A stretch of 64,000 nucleotides of DNA from Basidiobolus meristosporus CBS 931.73 (taxonomy: Eukaryota; Fungi; Basidiobolomycota), in the NCBI GenBank assembly GCA_002104905.1, contig MCFE01000477.1, positions 4,475 through 68,474 on the forward strand. The letters are read 5' to 3'. The position numbers and the translations under genes were made by a program. The notes under the pieces are model-generated. The model saw only the letters and a program-made list of their open reading frames with translations. It had not been told where the DNA came from and did no database searches. Positions 37,502 to 49,799 of the stretch are shown one piece after another (the stretch's first letter is position 1; every line of letters starts with the position of its first letter).

Positions 37502-40500
37502 TTACTCGTAGTCACTGACTGGTGGGCAGGAGCAGATGAGGTTACGGTCACCGTAGGCGTCGTCGATTCTGGAAACGGTGGGCCAGAACTTGCGCTCCTT
37601 CAACCAGGCCTTGGGGTAGGCCGCTTGCTCACGAGAGTAAGGATGGGTCCACTCGTTGGCCATGAGACGGTCGAGAGGGTGAGGGGAGTTCTTGAGGACG
37701 TTGTCGACCTTGGGCTGCTTGCCCTCCTCGACAGCACGGATTTCCTCACGGATGGAGATCATGGCGTCACAGAAGCGGTCCAACTCGGCCTTGGACTCGG
37801 ACTCGGTGGGCTCGATCATGAGGGTGTTAGCAACGGGCCAGGACATGGTGGGCGAGTGGAATCCGTAATCCTGGAGTCTTTTGGCGACATCGATGGCCTC
37901 GATGCCAGCGGTCTCTCCGAATGGACGGATGTCGAGGATGAACTCGTGAGCGCACATGCCGTTCTCGTTGGTGTAGAGGACCTTGTAGTGGTTCTCGAGG
38001 CGGCTTCTCATGTAGTTGGCGTTGAGGATGGCTTGGTGGGTGGCCTCGGTGATACCCTTGGCTCCCATCAGCTTGACATACGCCCAGGAGATGGGAAGGA
38101 TGCTGGAGGAGCCGAAGGGAGCGGCGGAGATGGGCCCGATGGCCTTGTCACCACCCGTCTTGACCAAAGGATGGCCAGGGAGGAAGGGGGCCAAGTGAGA
38201 CTTGACACCGATGGGGCCCATGCCTGGTCCACCGCCACCGTGAGGAATGCAGAAGGTCTTGTGCAAGTTCAAGTGGCAAACATCGGCTCCGATGTCACCA
38301 GGAGAGCAGATGCCAATCTGGGCGTTCATGTTGGCACCGTCCATGTAGACCTGACCGCCGTTGGTGTGGATGATCTCACACAAATCCTTGATCCCGTCCT
38401 CGAACACACCGAAGGTGGACGGGTAGGTGACCATCACAGCGGCCAGCTTCTCCTTGTGCTTCTCGGCCTTGGCCTTGAGGTCATCAAGATCCAAGTTGCC
38501 GTTGGGCTTGCAGTTGACGATGACGACCTTCATGCCGGCCATGGCGGCGGAGGCAGGGTTGGTGCCGTGGGCGGAGATGGGGATCAAGCAAACATCACGC
38601 TGACCCTCCCCGCGGGACTCGTGGTAGGCCTTGATGGTACGGAGACCAGCATACTCACCCTGGGCACCGCTGTTGGGCTGAAGCGAGACCTCGTCGAAAC
38701 CGGTCACCACGGCAAGATCCTCGGCGAGCTCGTCGAGCATGATCTTGTAACCCTCGACCTGGTCAGCGGGGGCGAATGGATGGATGCTGCCGAACTCGGG
38801 CCAGGTGACTGGGATCATCTCGGTGGTGGCGTTCAGCTTCATGGTGCAGGATCCGAGGGGGATCATGGAGTGAGTGAGCGAGAGGTCCTTGGACTGCAAG
38901 TGGTGGATGTAGCGGAGCATGTCGGTCTCGGAGTGATACTTGTTGAAGATGTCGTGCTCCAAGTACTTGGACGTACGGGCAAGAGAGCTAGGGAAGTTCT
39001 GGGCTGGCTTGCCCTCGCTGACCCCGGCCTCGGCGGCGAGAACGGCAACGTCAGGGACGGGGCCATCAGCGGAGAACACCGTCAAGAGGTCCTCCAAATC
39101 CTTGCGGGTGACGGTCTCGTCCAGGGTGATACCGACGGTGGCCTCATCGATGCGGCGGAGATTGATTCCGTTGTCGAGGGCCTTCTTGATGACACCCTCG
39201 GAGCCACCGTTCACCTTGATGGTGAGGGTGTCGAAGAAGGTCTCGTTCTGGATGGTGTGGCCAGCGCGACGGACTCCAGCGGAGAGGATGCTGGTGAAGT
39301 TGTGGATTCTTTGGGCAATCTGCTTGACGCCCTCAGGTCCGTGGTAGACGGCGTACATGGCGGCCATGTTGGCCAACAAAGCCTGAGCGGTACAGATGTT
39401 GGAGGTGGCCTTCTCACGACGAATGTGTTGCTCACGGGTTTGGAGGGCCAAGCGGAGGGCCTTCTTGCCGGCGGCATCCTTGGAGACACCGACGATTCTT
39501 CCGGGCATTCTTCTGGCGTTGTCCTTGGTACAGGCGAAGAAGGCGGCGTGTGGGCCGCCATAACCGAGGGGAACACCGAAGCGTTGGCTGTTACCCAAGA
39601 CGATGTCGGCTCCGAACTCGCCAGGGGGCTTGAGCATGGTGAGTGCGAGGAGGTCGGTGGCGCAGACGACTTGACCACCGAGGCCGTGGATTCTGTCGGT
39701 GAACTCCTTGTAGTCAATGACGATGCCGTCGTTGGCGGGGTACTGGATCAACACACCGGAGACTTCGTTCTTGGCGGCCTCAAAGTCGAAGGTCTTGTAG
39801 TTTCCGACGACAACGTTGATGCCGAAACCTTCGGCACGGGTCTTCATCACCTCGATTGTCTGAGGGTGGCAGTTCTCGTCGACGAAGAACGTCTTCTTCT
39901 TGTTTCTGCTGGCGGCGTAGCACATGACCATGGCCTCACCGGCGGCAGTGCCCTCATCGAGCAAGGAGGCGTTGGCGATCTCCATGCCGGTCAAGTCGGT
40001 GACCATGGTTTGGTAGTTGAGCAAGGACTCGAGACGACCTTGGGCAATCTCGGCTTGGTAGGGGGTGTATTGGGTGTACCACCCAGGGTTCTCCATGATG
40101 TTTCTGAGGATCACGTTGGGGACGACGGTGTCGGTGTAGCCCATACCGATGTAGGAGCGGTACACCTTGTTCTTGGATGCAATGTCCTTCAAGCGCTTGA
40201 GCAACTCTCTCTCGGGGAAACCGTTATCCAAGGCCAGAGCCTTGCCGGTACGGATGGAGGAGGGGACAGTCTTGGCAATGAGATCATCAATGGACTTGAC
40301 ACCAACGGTCTTGAGCATCTCACCGATGGCCTGATCACCGGAGCCGTTGTGGCGGCGAGGGAAGGAGTCCAAAGGAGTGAAGACGTCCTTGGAAGGAGCC
40401 TTAGCGGAGTGGACGAATCTGTAGACGAAACGAGGGGCGATAGTGGGTTTCGGCAGAGCTCTAACGACCAAAGGGGTAGAGAGAGACTTCAAAGCAAAAG

Positions 40501-40549
40501 TAGAGCGAGAAGCCAAAAGACGAGTAGCAGCGCGCATTTGGAAAACCAT
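37502..40549 (-). CDS. GCV2: Glycine decarboxylase (GCS P-protein), copy 2, intact 1015 aa, intronless, with mitochondrial-type presequence
   Basis: Uninterrupted ORF with the same motifs; Arg/Ser/Ala-rich N-terminus. Confidence 0.97.
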   Translation of the reverse strand: MVFQMRAATRLLASRSTFALKSLSTPLVVRALPKPTIAPRFVYRFVHSAKAPSKDVFTPLDSFPRRHNGSGDQAIGEMLKTVGVKSIDDLIAKTVPSSIRTGKALALDNGFPERELLKRLKDIASKNKVYRSYIGMGYTDTVVPNVILRNIMENPGWYTQYTPYQAEIAQGRLESLLNYQTMVTDLTGMEIANASLLDEGTAAGEAMVMCYAASRNKKKTFFVDENCHPQTIEVMKTRAEGFGINVVVGNYKTFDFEAAKNEVSGVLIQYPANDGIVIDYKEFTDRIHGLGGQVVCATDLLALTMLKPPGEFGADIVLGNSQRFGVPLGYGGPHAAFFACTKDNARRMPGRIVGVSKDAAGKKALRLALQTREQHIRREKATSNICTAQALLANMAAMYAVYHGPEGVKQIAQRIHNFTSILSAGVRRAGHTIQNETFFDTLTIKVNGGSEGVIKKALDNGINLRRIDEATVGITLDETVTRKDLEDLLTVFSADGPVPDVAVLAAEAGVSEGKPAQNFPSSLARTSKYLEHDIFNKYHSETDMLRYIHHLQSKDLSLTHSMIPLGSCTMKLNATTEMIPVTWPEFGSIHPFAPADQVEGYKIMLDELAEDLAVVTGFDEVSLQPNSGAQGEYAGLRTIKAYHESRGEGQRDVCLIPISAHGTNPASAAMAGMKVVIVNCKPNGNLDLDDLKAKAEKHKEKLAAVMVTYPSTFGVFEDGIKDLCEIIHTNGGQVYMDGANMNAQIGICSPGDIGADVCHLNLHKTFCIPHGGGGPGMGPIGVKSHLAPFLPGHPLVKTGGDKAIGPISAAPFGSSSILPISWAYVKLMGAKGITEATHQAILNANYMRSRLENHYKVLYTNENGMCAHEFILDIRPFGETAGIEAIDVAKRLQDYGFHSPTMSWPVANTLMIEPTESESKAELDRFCDAMISIREEIRAVEEGKQPKVDNVLKNSPHPLDRLMANEWTHPYSREQAAYPKAWLKERKFWPTVSRIDDAYGDRNLICSCPPVSDYE

Positions 40550-41484
40550 TTTTGTAATTTGTTATGAAATGTGAAACCTCCCAAGCACGACCCTAACACC
40601 ACCCGGTAGACTCGTATTTATACCCAAGTCGGAAATCAAGCAATGCAGCACGTTGGGTGACATCCAGTAGCACTTGGAGAATCCATGATCGTATCACCTG
40701 GGCCTTAAGTTTAGTGAGATTGTCCACAAGACATGTAAACTTAGTAACGAATAGATTATCAATAGATATCGACTAGTAGATAATCGAAAAAAGTGGATTT
40801 GATTTCAAGGTCACATCGCCAGAATTTGGATCTACTTATCATCTTACGCCTCATTTAAGGAAATCTTTAGGAATGCACAACAGGATTAATGAACGGTGAT
40901 ATATAGATCTCCCCATTGTCTCGATGGTCCCACTTGAAAAGGCCGGCTGATTCGGAGGCATTTCGTCAAGTGACGATCTGCCATATCGGCTTCCGCACAG
41001 ATCGGCAATCAGGAAATTGTTACACACCCTTAGTGATAAGAATCCAGACGCGAAAAAAAAGCGGTCTAGGGCATAAACACCGAATCAAAAACGTCAGGCT
41101 GTAGATAGGATGCCTACCTCGTTACCAGTAACCCAGACGCAAACGGGTTGTTAAATCCACTACAGCTTTTCTCACATGACTTGCCTACTGGTGTGGTGTA
41201 TCTTCAGATCGTGGGATGAGCTTGCTCGATTAAGATATGTGGCTCTATGTTGTTGTGCTTTTTGTGAGCAGATTTGGAAGAAACTATGACAACGAACGCT
41301 ACAAAGTCGGATGGCGATGAATCACTTCCCTCCACTGACACTGACGTGTCGTTTGTATCAAGAGTGGAGCTATGCGGTGCTGGACGGCTGCTTGTCGAAT
41401 CCTTTATATATTCCCAGTAGTCCATCATTCAGCGACTGATCCTATATTTCCCGTAGTTCGCTGTTCAACAACTGATCATATAGA

Positions 41485-41778
41485 ATGCTTCTTGGTATCA
41501 AAATCTTCGCCCTCGTCGCCGCTCTGGCTACCGTATTCGCTGACCCTGGGGATCTTCCTTTGTGTGATGCAGTCACAGTCACTTCCACCATTTTCGTGAC
41601 AGCCAATCAGCCCAAGCCCACCGAAGGGCCCTGTCAACATGGTGTCTACAGCTGTGTCAGCTCTGGCAAATCGGTGGACTACACAATTTGCGCGCACGGC
41701 ACCCAGATCGTCAGTTCTTGTGCGCCAGGCACTGTCTGTAAGAATGCTGGCGATTCCGTTGTATGCGATTGGCCTTGA
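41485..41778 (+). CDS. Small secreted protein consisting of a single CBM19-like chitin-binding module
   Basis: Signal peptide plus C-x-HG-x-Y-x-C...C-x-HG....CAPGTVCK...CDW. Confidence 0.8.
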   Translation: MLLGIKIFALVAALATVFADPGDLPLCDAVTVTSTIFVTANQPKPTEGPCQHGVYSCVSSGKSVDYTICAHGTQIVSSCAPGTVCKNAGDSVVCDWP

Positions 41779-42367
41779 AGACGTAGCTTCTTGTTTAACA
41801 AATGATTTAATTCCATAGTAGCAGCACGGAGAATAAACAAAATTTAAAGTAATCTGCTCCGCTCGACCCGTTGTATCGGCTCGCATGGTTTATATACTTA
41901 TTTGGATATATACCTCGGAAATTGGCCAGATTCGGCTCGCAAATGCTAGGTCAGATTAAATTCTCGAATCCAGATTTCAATTATACCATGAATGCCAAAT
42001 CGATTGCGCAACGCTATTTCTTTGGCATGATTTTCAGATGTCAATGGACGAATCAAGCCCAATCCAAGCATGCACATATCAGATAAATCGATTTCATGTA
42101 GCTGGATTGATCTCTGAAGCTTTCGCCATCCCACGTAAACGACAGTATCCATCTTCGTTCTTGGATAGGTAATTCGCGCGCTGTTCTATACCGAGTACTG
42201 CTCTAACCTACACAATGATGATTGGCCAGCGTGGCCTTGTCTAGAATTGCAATGCCGTGGTCCCGATCAGCTACTTCGCGAATGCCAAGAAACCCATTCT
42301 TTGCACAGCAATTCGTATATATACTTCGCCTAGCAACCGCAGAATAGCCATCAGAACATCAAGCAAA

Positions 42368-43375
42368 ATGCATTTCGCCACTAGAATTTTAGCTACCGCC
42401 GCTGCTGCCATGGCAGTTGTATCCGCTTCTGACTTCTTCCCCTTCGAGTATCCTAGTGATTGCATCACTTCGTGCTCGTTGCAGGCTGGCAAGAAATGCT
42501 GGTCTTCCTACACTCAAGATGAGTCTGATCCCAATTTCATCCAATCCTTCTCTTGCCTTTGCGACTCCAGTAATCCTGGCAATGGAAACTTCATGATGGA
42601 CAGTCTAAAATGTCTTACCGCAAACAAGTGTGAAGAGAAGGATATCATGGCCTCTATGGCACTCCAAGGTCCTATCTGTGAATGGTACAACCAACACAAG
42701 AATGACCCTAAGCCTACCACCACCGAGAAGCCTGAACCCACTACTACCGAGAAGCCTGAACCTACCACTACCGAGAAGCCTGAACCTACCACTACCGAGA
42801 AGCCTGAACCTACCACTACCGAGAAGCCCGAGCCCACTACTACCGAGAAGCCTGAACCTACCACTACCGAGAAGCCCGAGCCCACTACTACTGAAAAGCC
42901 CGAGCCAACCACTACTGAGGAGCCTGAAACTTCTACTACCGAGAAGCCTGAACCCACCACTACCGAGAAGCCTGAATCTACTAATACCGATAAGCCTGAG
43001 TCCACTACCGCCGATAAGCCCGAATCTACTACTACCGAGAAGCCTGAGCCCACTACTACTGAAAAGCCCGAACCTACCACCACTGAGAAGCCTGTTGAAA
43101 CCACCACTTCTGTTGAATCTGCTGAAACCCCAAAACCCACTACCACTACTCTTCCCTCCTGTGAGCCAGTGACCGTCACCACCACTGTGTACGTCACTGA
43201 TGATGCCCCCAAGCCCACAGACACTACCTGCGAGCACGGTGCCTACCAATGTGTTGACTCTGGTAAATCTGGAGATTTCACCGTTTGTGTTCACGGTAGC
43301 AAGGTCGCCAACTCTTGTGCCCCCGGTACCGTCTGCAAAAACTATGCAGGCTCCATTGTCTGTGACTGGGCTTAA
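42368..43375 (+). CDS. Secreted mucin-like protein: Cys-rich N-domain, 16 PEPTTTEK-type repeats, CBM19-like C-domain
   Basis: ATG at 42368 (MHFATRIL); 24-bp tandem repeats ~42709-43090; C-terminal CAPGTVCK...CDW. Confidence 0.88.
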   Translation: MHFATRILATAAAAMAVVSASDFFPFEYPSDCITSCSLQAGKKCWSSYTQDESDPNFIQSFSCLCDSSNPGNGNFMMDSLKCLTANKCEEKDIMASMALQGPICEWYNQHKNDPKPTTTEKPEPTTTEKPEPTTTEKPEPTTTEKPEPTTTEKPEPTTTEKPEPTTTEKPEPTTTEKPEPTTTEEPETSTTEKPEPTTTEKPESTNTDKPESTTADKPESTTTEKPEPTTTEKPEPTTTEKPVETTTSVESAETPKPTTTTLPSCEPVTVTTTVYVTDDAPKPTDTTCEHGAYQCVDSGKSGDFTVCVHGSKVANSCAPGTVCKNYAGSIVCDWA

Positions 43376-44125
43376 GCCTCGCATATAAAACCATTCAAAT
43401 AAACGTGATCCAACTGAGTTCTCCAATGCCAAATCGCCTCTAAGCAAGGCAATCAATTCTCACGCGCTGAAATCCAACCTAATTGCCTCAATGGCGGGAT
43501 ATAGCTGGATGCCTTTGCACGATCTCGAAGTGGCATCGAGGTATGCTGATCCAGATGTAAAGATCCGATTTGTGAATGCCAAAGATAGCCGTCAAATAAA
43601 ATTTCCCGCTATTGTTAGCATATTCAGATTTGGGCTTCGTCTAGGTACATGGCGCATCAAGAAAGTCAGTAAGGTATCCTATCGGGTGGCTGGGTCATTT
43701 TACTTACACCGGCTTATGCTAGCGATTATCTGACTTGGGTACTTGACTTCACCACCAGGAGTACTGGATATGATTGCTTAACTAAAATTAAATCAGTCAG
43801 TTGCGGCATAATAGACCGTTTCGGTTCCGTGGCATGGTCTCGTACTAGACGCTCAAAACGGTTGGCTCCTTCCAGAGTCTGGTTTTCTGTGGGCGTCTGT
43901 CCGAACAAATAAGTCCAGCTTCCATTTAGGTCGTACGTTGCAGTTTTTCTCCGTTCCAGAATCGGTACTGAGAGTGTCCAGCATTTTGTATGGGGACCGA
44001 ATTGAGGATATGCTTCCAGAGCGTCACTGTAAGTTGCACTTGCGACGAACCATTCTTGGCAGTGGTGTGTTGTATATAAACCCCATGCTTCCATGGGCAA
44101 GGTCAGCATCTAACAGTTTAGAAAA

Positions 44126-45442
44126 ATGTATTTCGCTACCAAGATTTTGGCCACAGCCGCTGCTGCCATGGCAGTTGTATCCGCTTCGGACTTCTTCCCC
44201 TTCGAGTATCCTAGTGAATGCATCACTTCATGCTCGCTGCAAGCTGGCAAAAAGTGTTGGCCTTCCTACACCCAGGATGAGTCTGATCCCAACTTCATCC
44301 AATCCTTCTCTTGCCTTTGCGACTCCAGTAATCCTGGTCATGGAAACTTCATGATGGACAGTCTAAAATGTCTTACCGCAAACAAGTGTGAGCAGAAGGA
44401 CATTATGGCCTCTATGGCACTCCAAGGCCCTATTTGTAAATGGTATAACCAACATAAGAATGATCCAAAGCCTACAGAGAAGCCTGAACCCACAACTACT
44501 GAGAAGCCCGAACCCACAACCACTGAGAAGCCCGAACCCACAACCACTGAGAAGCCCGAGCCTACAACCACTGAGAAGCCCGAGCCTACAACCACTGAGA
44601 AGCCCGAGCCTACTACCACCGAGAAGCCTGAACCCACAACCACTGAGAAGCCCGAGCCTACTACCACTGAGAAGCCCGAGCCTACGACCACCGAGAAGCC
44701 TGAACCCACAACCACCGAGAAGCCTGAACCCACAACCACTGAGAAGCCCGAGCCTACTACCACTGAGAAGCCCGAGCCTACTACCACTGAGAAGCCTGAA
44801 TCCACTACCACTGAGAAGCCCGAGCCTACTACCACTGAGAAGCCCGAGCCTACTACCACTGAGAAGCCTGAATCCACTACCACTGAGAAGCCCGAGCCTA
44901 CTACCACTGAGAAGCCTGAATCCACTACCACTGAGAAGCCCGAACCTACTAGCACCGAAGAGCCTGATTGTACAACAGAGAAACCCGAGCCTACTACCAC
45001 TGAGAAGCCTGAGTCCACTACCACTTCTGAAAAGCCCGAGTCCACCACCACTGAGAAGCCGAAGCCTACTACTACAAACAAGCCCAAGCCTACCGGCACC
45101 GAAGAGCCTGATTGTACAACAGAGAAACCCGAGCCTACTACCACTGAGAAGCCTAAGCCCACTACCACTGAAGAGCCTGAGTGCACCACGGAGAAGCCTA
45201 ACCCTACTTCAACCGTACTCCCCACCTGCGAGCCAGTTACCGTGACGACCACCGTCTACATCACCACCACCAATCCTGAGCCTACGAGCGCTTCATGTGA
45301 GCATGGCACCTACGAGTGCGTAGATTCCGGCAAGTCCAGAGATTTCACAGTCTGCCTCTATGGCAAGAAGGTCAGAAACTCCTGCTCCACCGGGACCGTG
45401 TGTAAGAGCTATGCAGGCTCCATCGTCTGCGACTGGGAATGA
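44126..45442 (+). CDS. Paralogue with ~20 canonical and several degenerate PEPTTTEK repeats
   Basis: N-domain nearly identical to that of 42368; repeats ~44483-45200; CSTGTVCK...CDW. Confidence 0.88.
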   Translation: MYFATKILATAAAAMAVVSASDFFPFEYPSECITSCSLQAGKKCWPSYTQDESDPNFIQSFSCLCDSSNPGHGNFMMDSLKCLTANKCEQKDIMASMALQGPICKWYNQHKNDPKPTEKPEPTTTEKPEPTTTEKPEPTTTEKPEPTTTEKPEPTTTEKPEPTTTEKPEPTTTEKPEPTTTEKPEPTTTEKPEPTTTEKPEPTTTEKPEPTTTEKPEPTTTEKPESTTTEKPEPTTTEKPEPTTTEKPESTTTEKPEPTTTEKPESTTTEKPEPTSTEEPDCTTEKPEPTTTEKPESTTTSEKPESTTTEKPKPTTTNKPKPTGTEEPDCTTEKPEPTTTEKPKPTTTEEPECTTEKPNPTSTVLPTCEPVTVTTTVYITTTNPEPTSASCEHGTYECVDSGKSRDFTVCLYGKKVRNSCSTGTVCKSYAGSIVCDWE

Positions 45443-46830
45443 GCGATTTAGGGGATGTTGAGAATAGTATAAATATCCAAGGAAATTTTTATCAATAAAC
45501 GATTCGATACTGCTTTGTAAATCGTGGTGGTCCATGGGCTCGCTCATGCGTCAAGAGAAGAACCGTAAGATCCCTGCACAACCACCCCTGGAGTAGCGGT
45601 CGCATACGGCACGCATGTGTGAAAGATTTGCACAGGAATTCCCTAGAACGGGACATGAATGAGAGTGGGAAAACCCAAAAATTCCCTTCCCGAAATTGAG
45701 TGAATTTCGGTGAATTTCGGTGAATTTCCCATATTTGGCAAGGGCAATCAGGCCTAATAATATCACTGTGTTGATTGTATGAAGGTTTGGGCGGACATGA
45801 ATCATCTTCTAGATGCAATCACTAGGGGCTACATAGCAAGCCCTGCCTTCTTGTACATCTGCCCAGGATTTCGTCGTATTCTGGAGTGCAAGATACCAAC
45901 CAGGTTGCTGCACTCACCTTCCATCGCTGTTGGAAAATCCCAGCAATAATTATTCCACGGTCACTTCAATGACCCCAACGCATGTTAGGGCAACTTCTCA
46001 CCTGCAACCAATGAATCTCCTCCACCTACTCCCAACAAGGTTCTGAAGTGAAGAATGCACCACTCCTCCATTAATGCAAGCAAGCGCTGGCCAGGAAAAC
46101 TCCGTGGCCCTGGTAAGCCGGCCGTATCTGCTGCAAACCTTGGTGGTTCCAAACTGCTTTGAAATTGATCTTGTATCGAGCTCTTCTCCCACCAGTGTCC
46201 TTCGGGGAAACCTCTATCGTATCCATCCAATACTCGCCTGTGACTTCTGTTTAGGCTTCGGCAATGCGGCCAATCTATACCAAGTTGATTCAAGTTAATC
46301 AAAATCTAGTGTCAGAGTTGTCGTGGCTGTAGCCAGTAAGGAGGTGGTGACTGGGACATCTTTCCACATGAATTTCGCTCGACCATTTCTCCAGCAGAAC
46401 GAAACGCTTGGCAAAACCGAGCGGTGATTTCCAATGGAATAAGGGGCTTGATGCTGGGGAATGCCAAATCCCCCCTCACATTGGTTGGCAAAAAGCTCAC
46501 AGCTAACACTGCAATGCAACATCCACAGAACATACGATTCTCTTATGTTTCACCAATCGGGATCTACTACGTTGCTATTTGCAGGAAATCAACTGATTAA
46601 TTGGCGGGAAGGATTGGGAAATTTTGATAGGTACTTGGCTCGTATCATTGGATCAAGGCATCCCACTGAAACTCGATCACATGTTGCCCACAACCAGTAT
46701 ATTTAACTCAAATGAAGTACTCTTGACCTGGACCCCAACAATCATCCATTTAGATAAGACAATCCGTGCTTTATCAAGGATTGACTACTCTCCATCTCTC
46801 GTCCGTTCTCTCCCTTCACTTCTCTTCACC

Positions 46831-47883
46831 ATGGCCGGTCAACTAGTGTCCCTTGCTGATCTAGAGCATTTCATCGATCACGAAATACCCAACCTCGATT
46901 ATATCGTGCACCACGATACTTTAATCCCTTCTTCTCTGAAGGTTGTACTGACCATCTTCCCCGAATGGAAGGAAGCGGACCTAACTTTCACCCAGTGCAA
47001 GGATGGTATCACCAACAAACTAGTCCGCTGCGACCACTCCAGTGGACAGTCGGTGCTAATCCGTGCCTACGGAAAGAAATCCGAGGTGCTAATCGACCGT
47101 AAGCAGGAGCTTATCAACCTAACTGGACTGGCGAAACTTGGCCTTTGCCCACCATTGTACGGCCGGTTCAAGAACGGGTTCATTTACGGGTATATCGCCG
47201 GACAGGTGTATTCCCTGGATATGATGTCTGACTTCAAAACCTCCCTCCTAGTTGCCGAGAAATTGGCCACCTGGCATAAGGTGAACATCGCTGGGGATCA
47301 CTCACCCAAGCTATTCAAAACGTTGAGAAGATGGCTTCACGACGTACCCACCGAGTACGAAAACCCTGAGGCCAACCGAGTCTTTCAGAAACACTTCGAT
47401 CTTTCTGCGCTGAACGAGGAGCTGAACAGCTTGGAAGAGAAACTGAGCCAGCTGAACGCCCCGGTTGTGTTCAGTCACAATGACTTGCTATCGGCCAACC
47501 TAATCTATCAGCCAGATAGAAATGAGTGTGCCTTCATCGATTATGAATACGGATCCTACAGCTTCCGTGGCTTCGACATCGGAAACCACTTCGCCGAGTA
47601 CGCAGGCTTCGAATGTGACTACTCACGGTACCCAACTAGAGAGTATCAGAAGGTGTGGCTAAGAAAGTATCTTGAGTCCGCCCAAGAACACAGCCCTAGT
47701 GAGGAAGAGGTGGAGAGCCTGTATAGAGAGGTGAATCAGTTCGCACTGGCCTCACACATCTACTGGGGCCTCTGGGCACTGGTTCAAGCACAACTCTCGG
47801 ATATTGATTTTGATTATATGAGTTATGCTGTGCTGCGATTCAACGAGTACTACCGGAAGAAAGAAGAGTTTTTGGCTTTGTAG
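46831..47883 (+). CDS. EKI1: Ethanolamine/choline kinase
   Basis: GITNKL, VLIRAYG, Brenner motif FSHNDLLSANLI, FIDYEYG, FDIGNHFAEY; likely start MAGQL at 46831. Confidence 0.9.
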   Translation: MAGQLVSLADLEHFIDHEIPNLDYIVHHDTLIPSSLKVVLTIFPEWKEADLTFTQCKDGITNKLVRCDHSSGQSVLIRAYGKKSEVLIDRKQELINLTGLAKLGLCPPLYGRFKNGFIYGYIAGQVYSLDMMSDFKTSLLVAEKLATWHKVNIAGDHSPKLFKTLRRWLHDVPTEYENPEANRVFQKHFDLSALNEELNSLEEKLSQLNAPVVFSHNDLLSANLIYQPDRNECAFIDYEYGSYSFRGFDIGNHFAEYAGFECDYSRYPTREYQKVWLRKYLESAQEHSPSEEEVESLYREVNQFALASHIYWGLWALVQAQLSDIDFDYMSYAVLRFNEYYRKKEEFLAL

Positions 47884-48048
47884 TTTATTCCATTATTGTG
47901 CCTATACCAATCAGTATTACTCGGAAGCGAACTTCCCCCCCCCCGAACCCCACAACATCATCTATTGACCCTCTTGTGCCTAGAATAATTCAGCATAACT
48001 ATACACTCCCTTCTGACTTGTATCAACAAAATTTTTAGTACACACATC

Positions 48049-48108
48049 TAATCACCTCAATATAAATTTATTCTATTCTAATCACCTCAATATAAATTTA
48101 TTCTATTC
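48049..48108. repeat. 30-bp tandem duplication (2 copies)
   Basis: TAATCACCTCAATATAAATTTATTCTATTC twice. Confidence 0.9.
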
Positions 48109-48981
48109 CACCCATTTCCTGTTTCGCTTTCACTTCCACTTCCAACTAGAGCAGGCTGTGTGACAAGCGTTGAGGGATTCTGATTCGTTGAGAGGGGGGT
48201 CATTTCCGTCGGAACGAATTCGCCCCATCCCATAATCTCATGGTAGGTGAGATTTTTGGTATATACTCGATCTCGTGTCCAAGGAAAAATCAGAATCAAT
48301 GCTTGATAGCAGTTTCATTGGAACCACGGAAATTCCAGGAATTCTTTCCCGGACTGACTTCCTACGGTACCTCAACTGTGTTAGCTAGATCGATGATGCC
48401 GCATCCACACCGATATTACAGGTTGTTGTTTCCCCACTGTAAGTTGGTACTATTTGCGGATCACATTTCCTTTTTATTTGAAATCTGAAAAAGTAATTCT
48501 AATTACCCAACTACTGCTTATTAAGTGTGTTTGTCGTTGGGTACTGCACTGATGACGATAATGCATCAAGCCAGTGTCAATAATCTAGATTAACAATTGT
48601 TCAATGAGAAGCAATGTCTAGCAGGATAAGGCATCCACTCTTTAATGTTACATGATACAGCAGGCTGCATCTAGCGAAAAGATTCATGCTAGTCTGTCCA
48701 ACTAGTACTAGAGATAGTTTAGTTTCGTCTTTCACCAACTTACCAAATCAACTAGTTACCCGCCAATAAGATTCCGGACTGGACTGTCCGAACCAATAGT
48801 GCTTACTGAATATACCAAATTCCAATCGAACCGGAACCATGAGGCCTGGACCAAAGGTAATTCTGCGATGGAATCGATCCACCAAATCCTTGGTAAAGTT
48901 GGCATCGAAGCCACAGATGTATGAAATATAAATCCCTCGGAACTCCCTCCTCCATGTCTAACCATACAACACTCTACTGCA

Positions 48982-49455
48982 ATGAAGCTTCTATCTCTAA
49001 TCGTGACTGCCTTCACTTTCGCCGGGGTAGCCTTCGCCTTTGACCCGAACACTCTCCTCGCACTCGTGAATCAGCAACGAGCTCTGGTCGGCGCCCCGGC
49101 TCTCACCATCGACCCAAGACTCACCTTGGCTGCCGAAAGACACACTCTGTATCAGGTCACCGTGCATGAGATGACCCATGACGAGCCGAACACGACACTG
49201 GGTCAGAGAATCAGTGCCACAGGCTACCCATGGAGCAACATTGGGGAGAATGTTGCAGCGGGGTATGGGGATGCGGTATCGGTGATGAACGCCTGGATGA
49301 ACTCGCCAGAGCATCGCCGCAACATATTGGACCCCATATTCACCCAGACTGGCATCGCCTACGACCCCCAAGGCAGCTACTGGACTCAGGACTTCGGCCG
49401 GCCTATGATGATGCGCAAAAGGTCACCGAAATTTGTTGGAAGAAGAAAGCAATGA
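48982..49455 (+). CDS. Secreted CAP/SCP (PR-1-like) protein, copy 1
   Basis: Signal peptide; NQQR, AAERH, GENVAAG, WMNSPEHRRNIL, YWTQDFG. Confidence 0.92.
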   Translation: MKLLSLIVTAFTFAGVAFAFDPNTLLALVNQQRALVGAPALTIDPRLTLAAERHTLYQVTVHEMTHDEPNTTLGQRISATGYPWSNIGENVAAGYGDAVSVMNAWMNSPEHRRNILDPIFTQTGIAYDPQGSYWTQDFGRPMMMRKRSPKFVGRRKQ

Positions 49456-49799
49456 AGAGTGGGATCGATAGCAATATATACCCATTATATACCCACCATA
49501 TACCCATACACTAACAGCATAGAGGATAGAGATAAATAAAGAAGACCTGGCCATTAAGTCTACTCTGCTACGAAGGGCAAGCAGTAGTGGTGCTTGTTGA
49601 CTCCATACCATGTGTGTCATGATTTGTGAATATTGCATTGCTCTAGCATTCTGTATCGTAGATTAGGTTCCCTGAGAGGTTCCTCGAGATAAAGCTAGCA
49701 TCTCCACTTACCAAATTGGACCAAATCATAAATGGCTGCCATCAACCCTCGCCAATGACCGTTGAATTCCAATAATCGGTACCAGTACTAGGTTTCTGG

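Noticed and set aside
33587-40567. Long antisense ORFs (767 aa at 33587-35890; 980 aa at 37625-40567)
   Set aside because: Mirror frames of the strongly codon-biased GCV2 genes; no recognisable motifs.
42514-45252. 24-bp repeat arrays as CRISPR-like repeats, and their antisense or alternate-frame ORFs
   Set aside because: No unique spacers; they are in-frame PEPTTTEK coding repeats in a eukaryotic gene.
45900-46600. Possible spliced gene divergent from the ethanolamine kinase
   Set aside because: Could not assemble a consistent exon chain or recognise a domain.
28626-47883. Metabolic gene cluster (PLA2-like, ethanolamine kinase, glycine decarboxylase)
   Set aside because: Unrelated pathways interleaved with MO25 and SNARE genes; no pathway logic or shared regulator visible.
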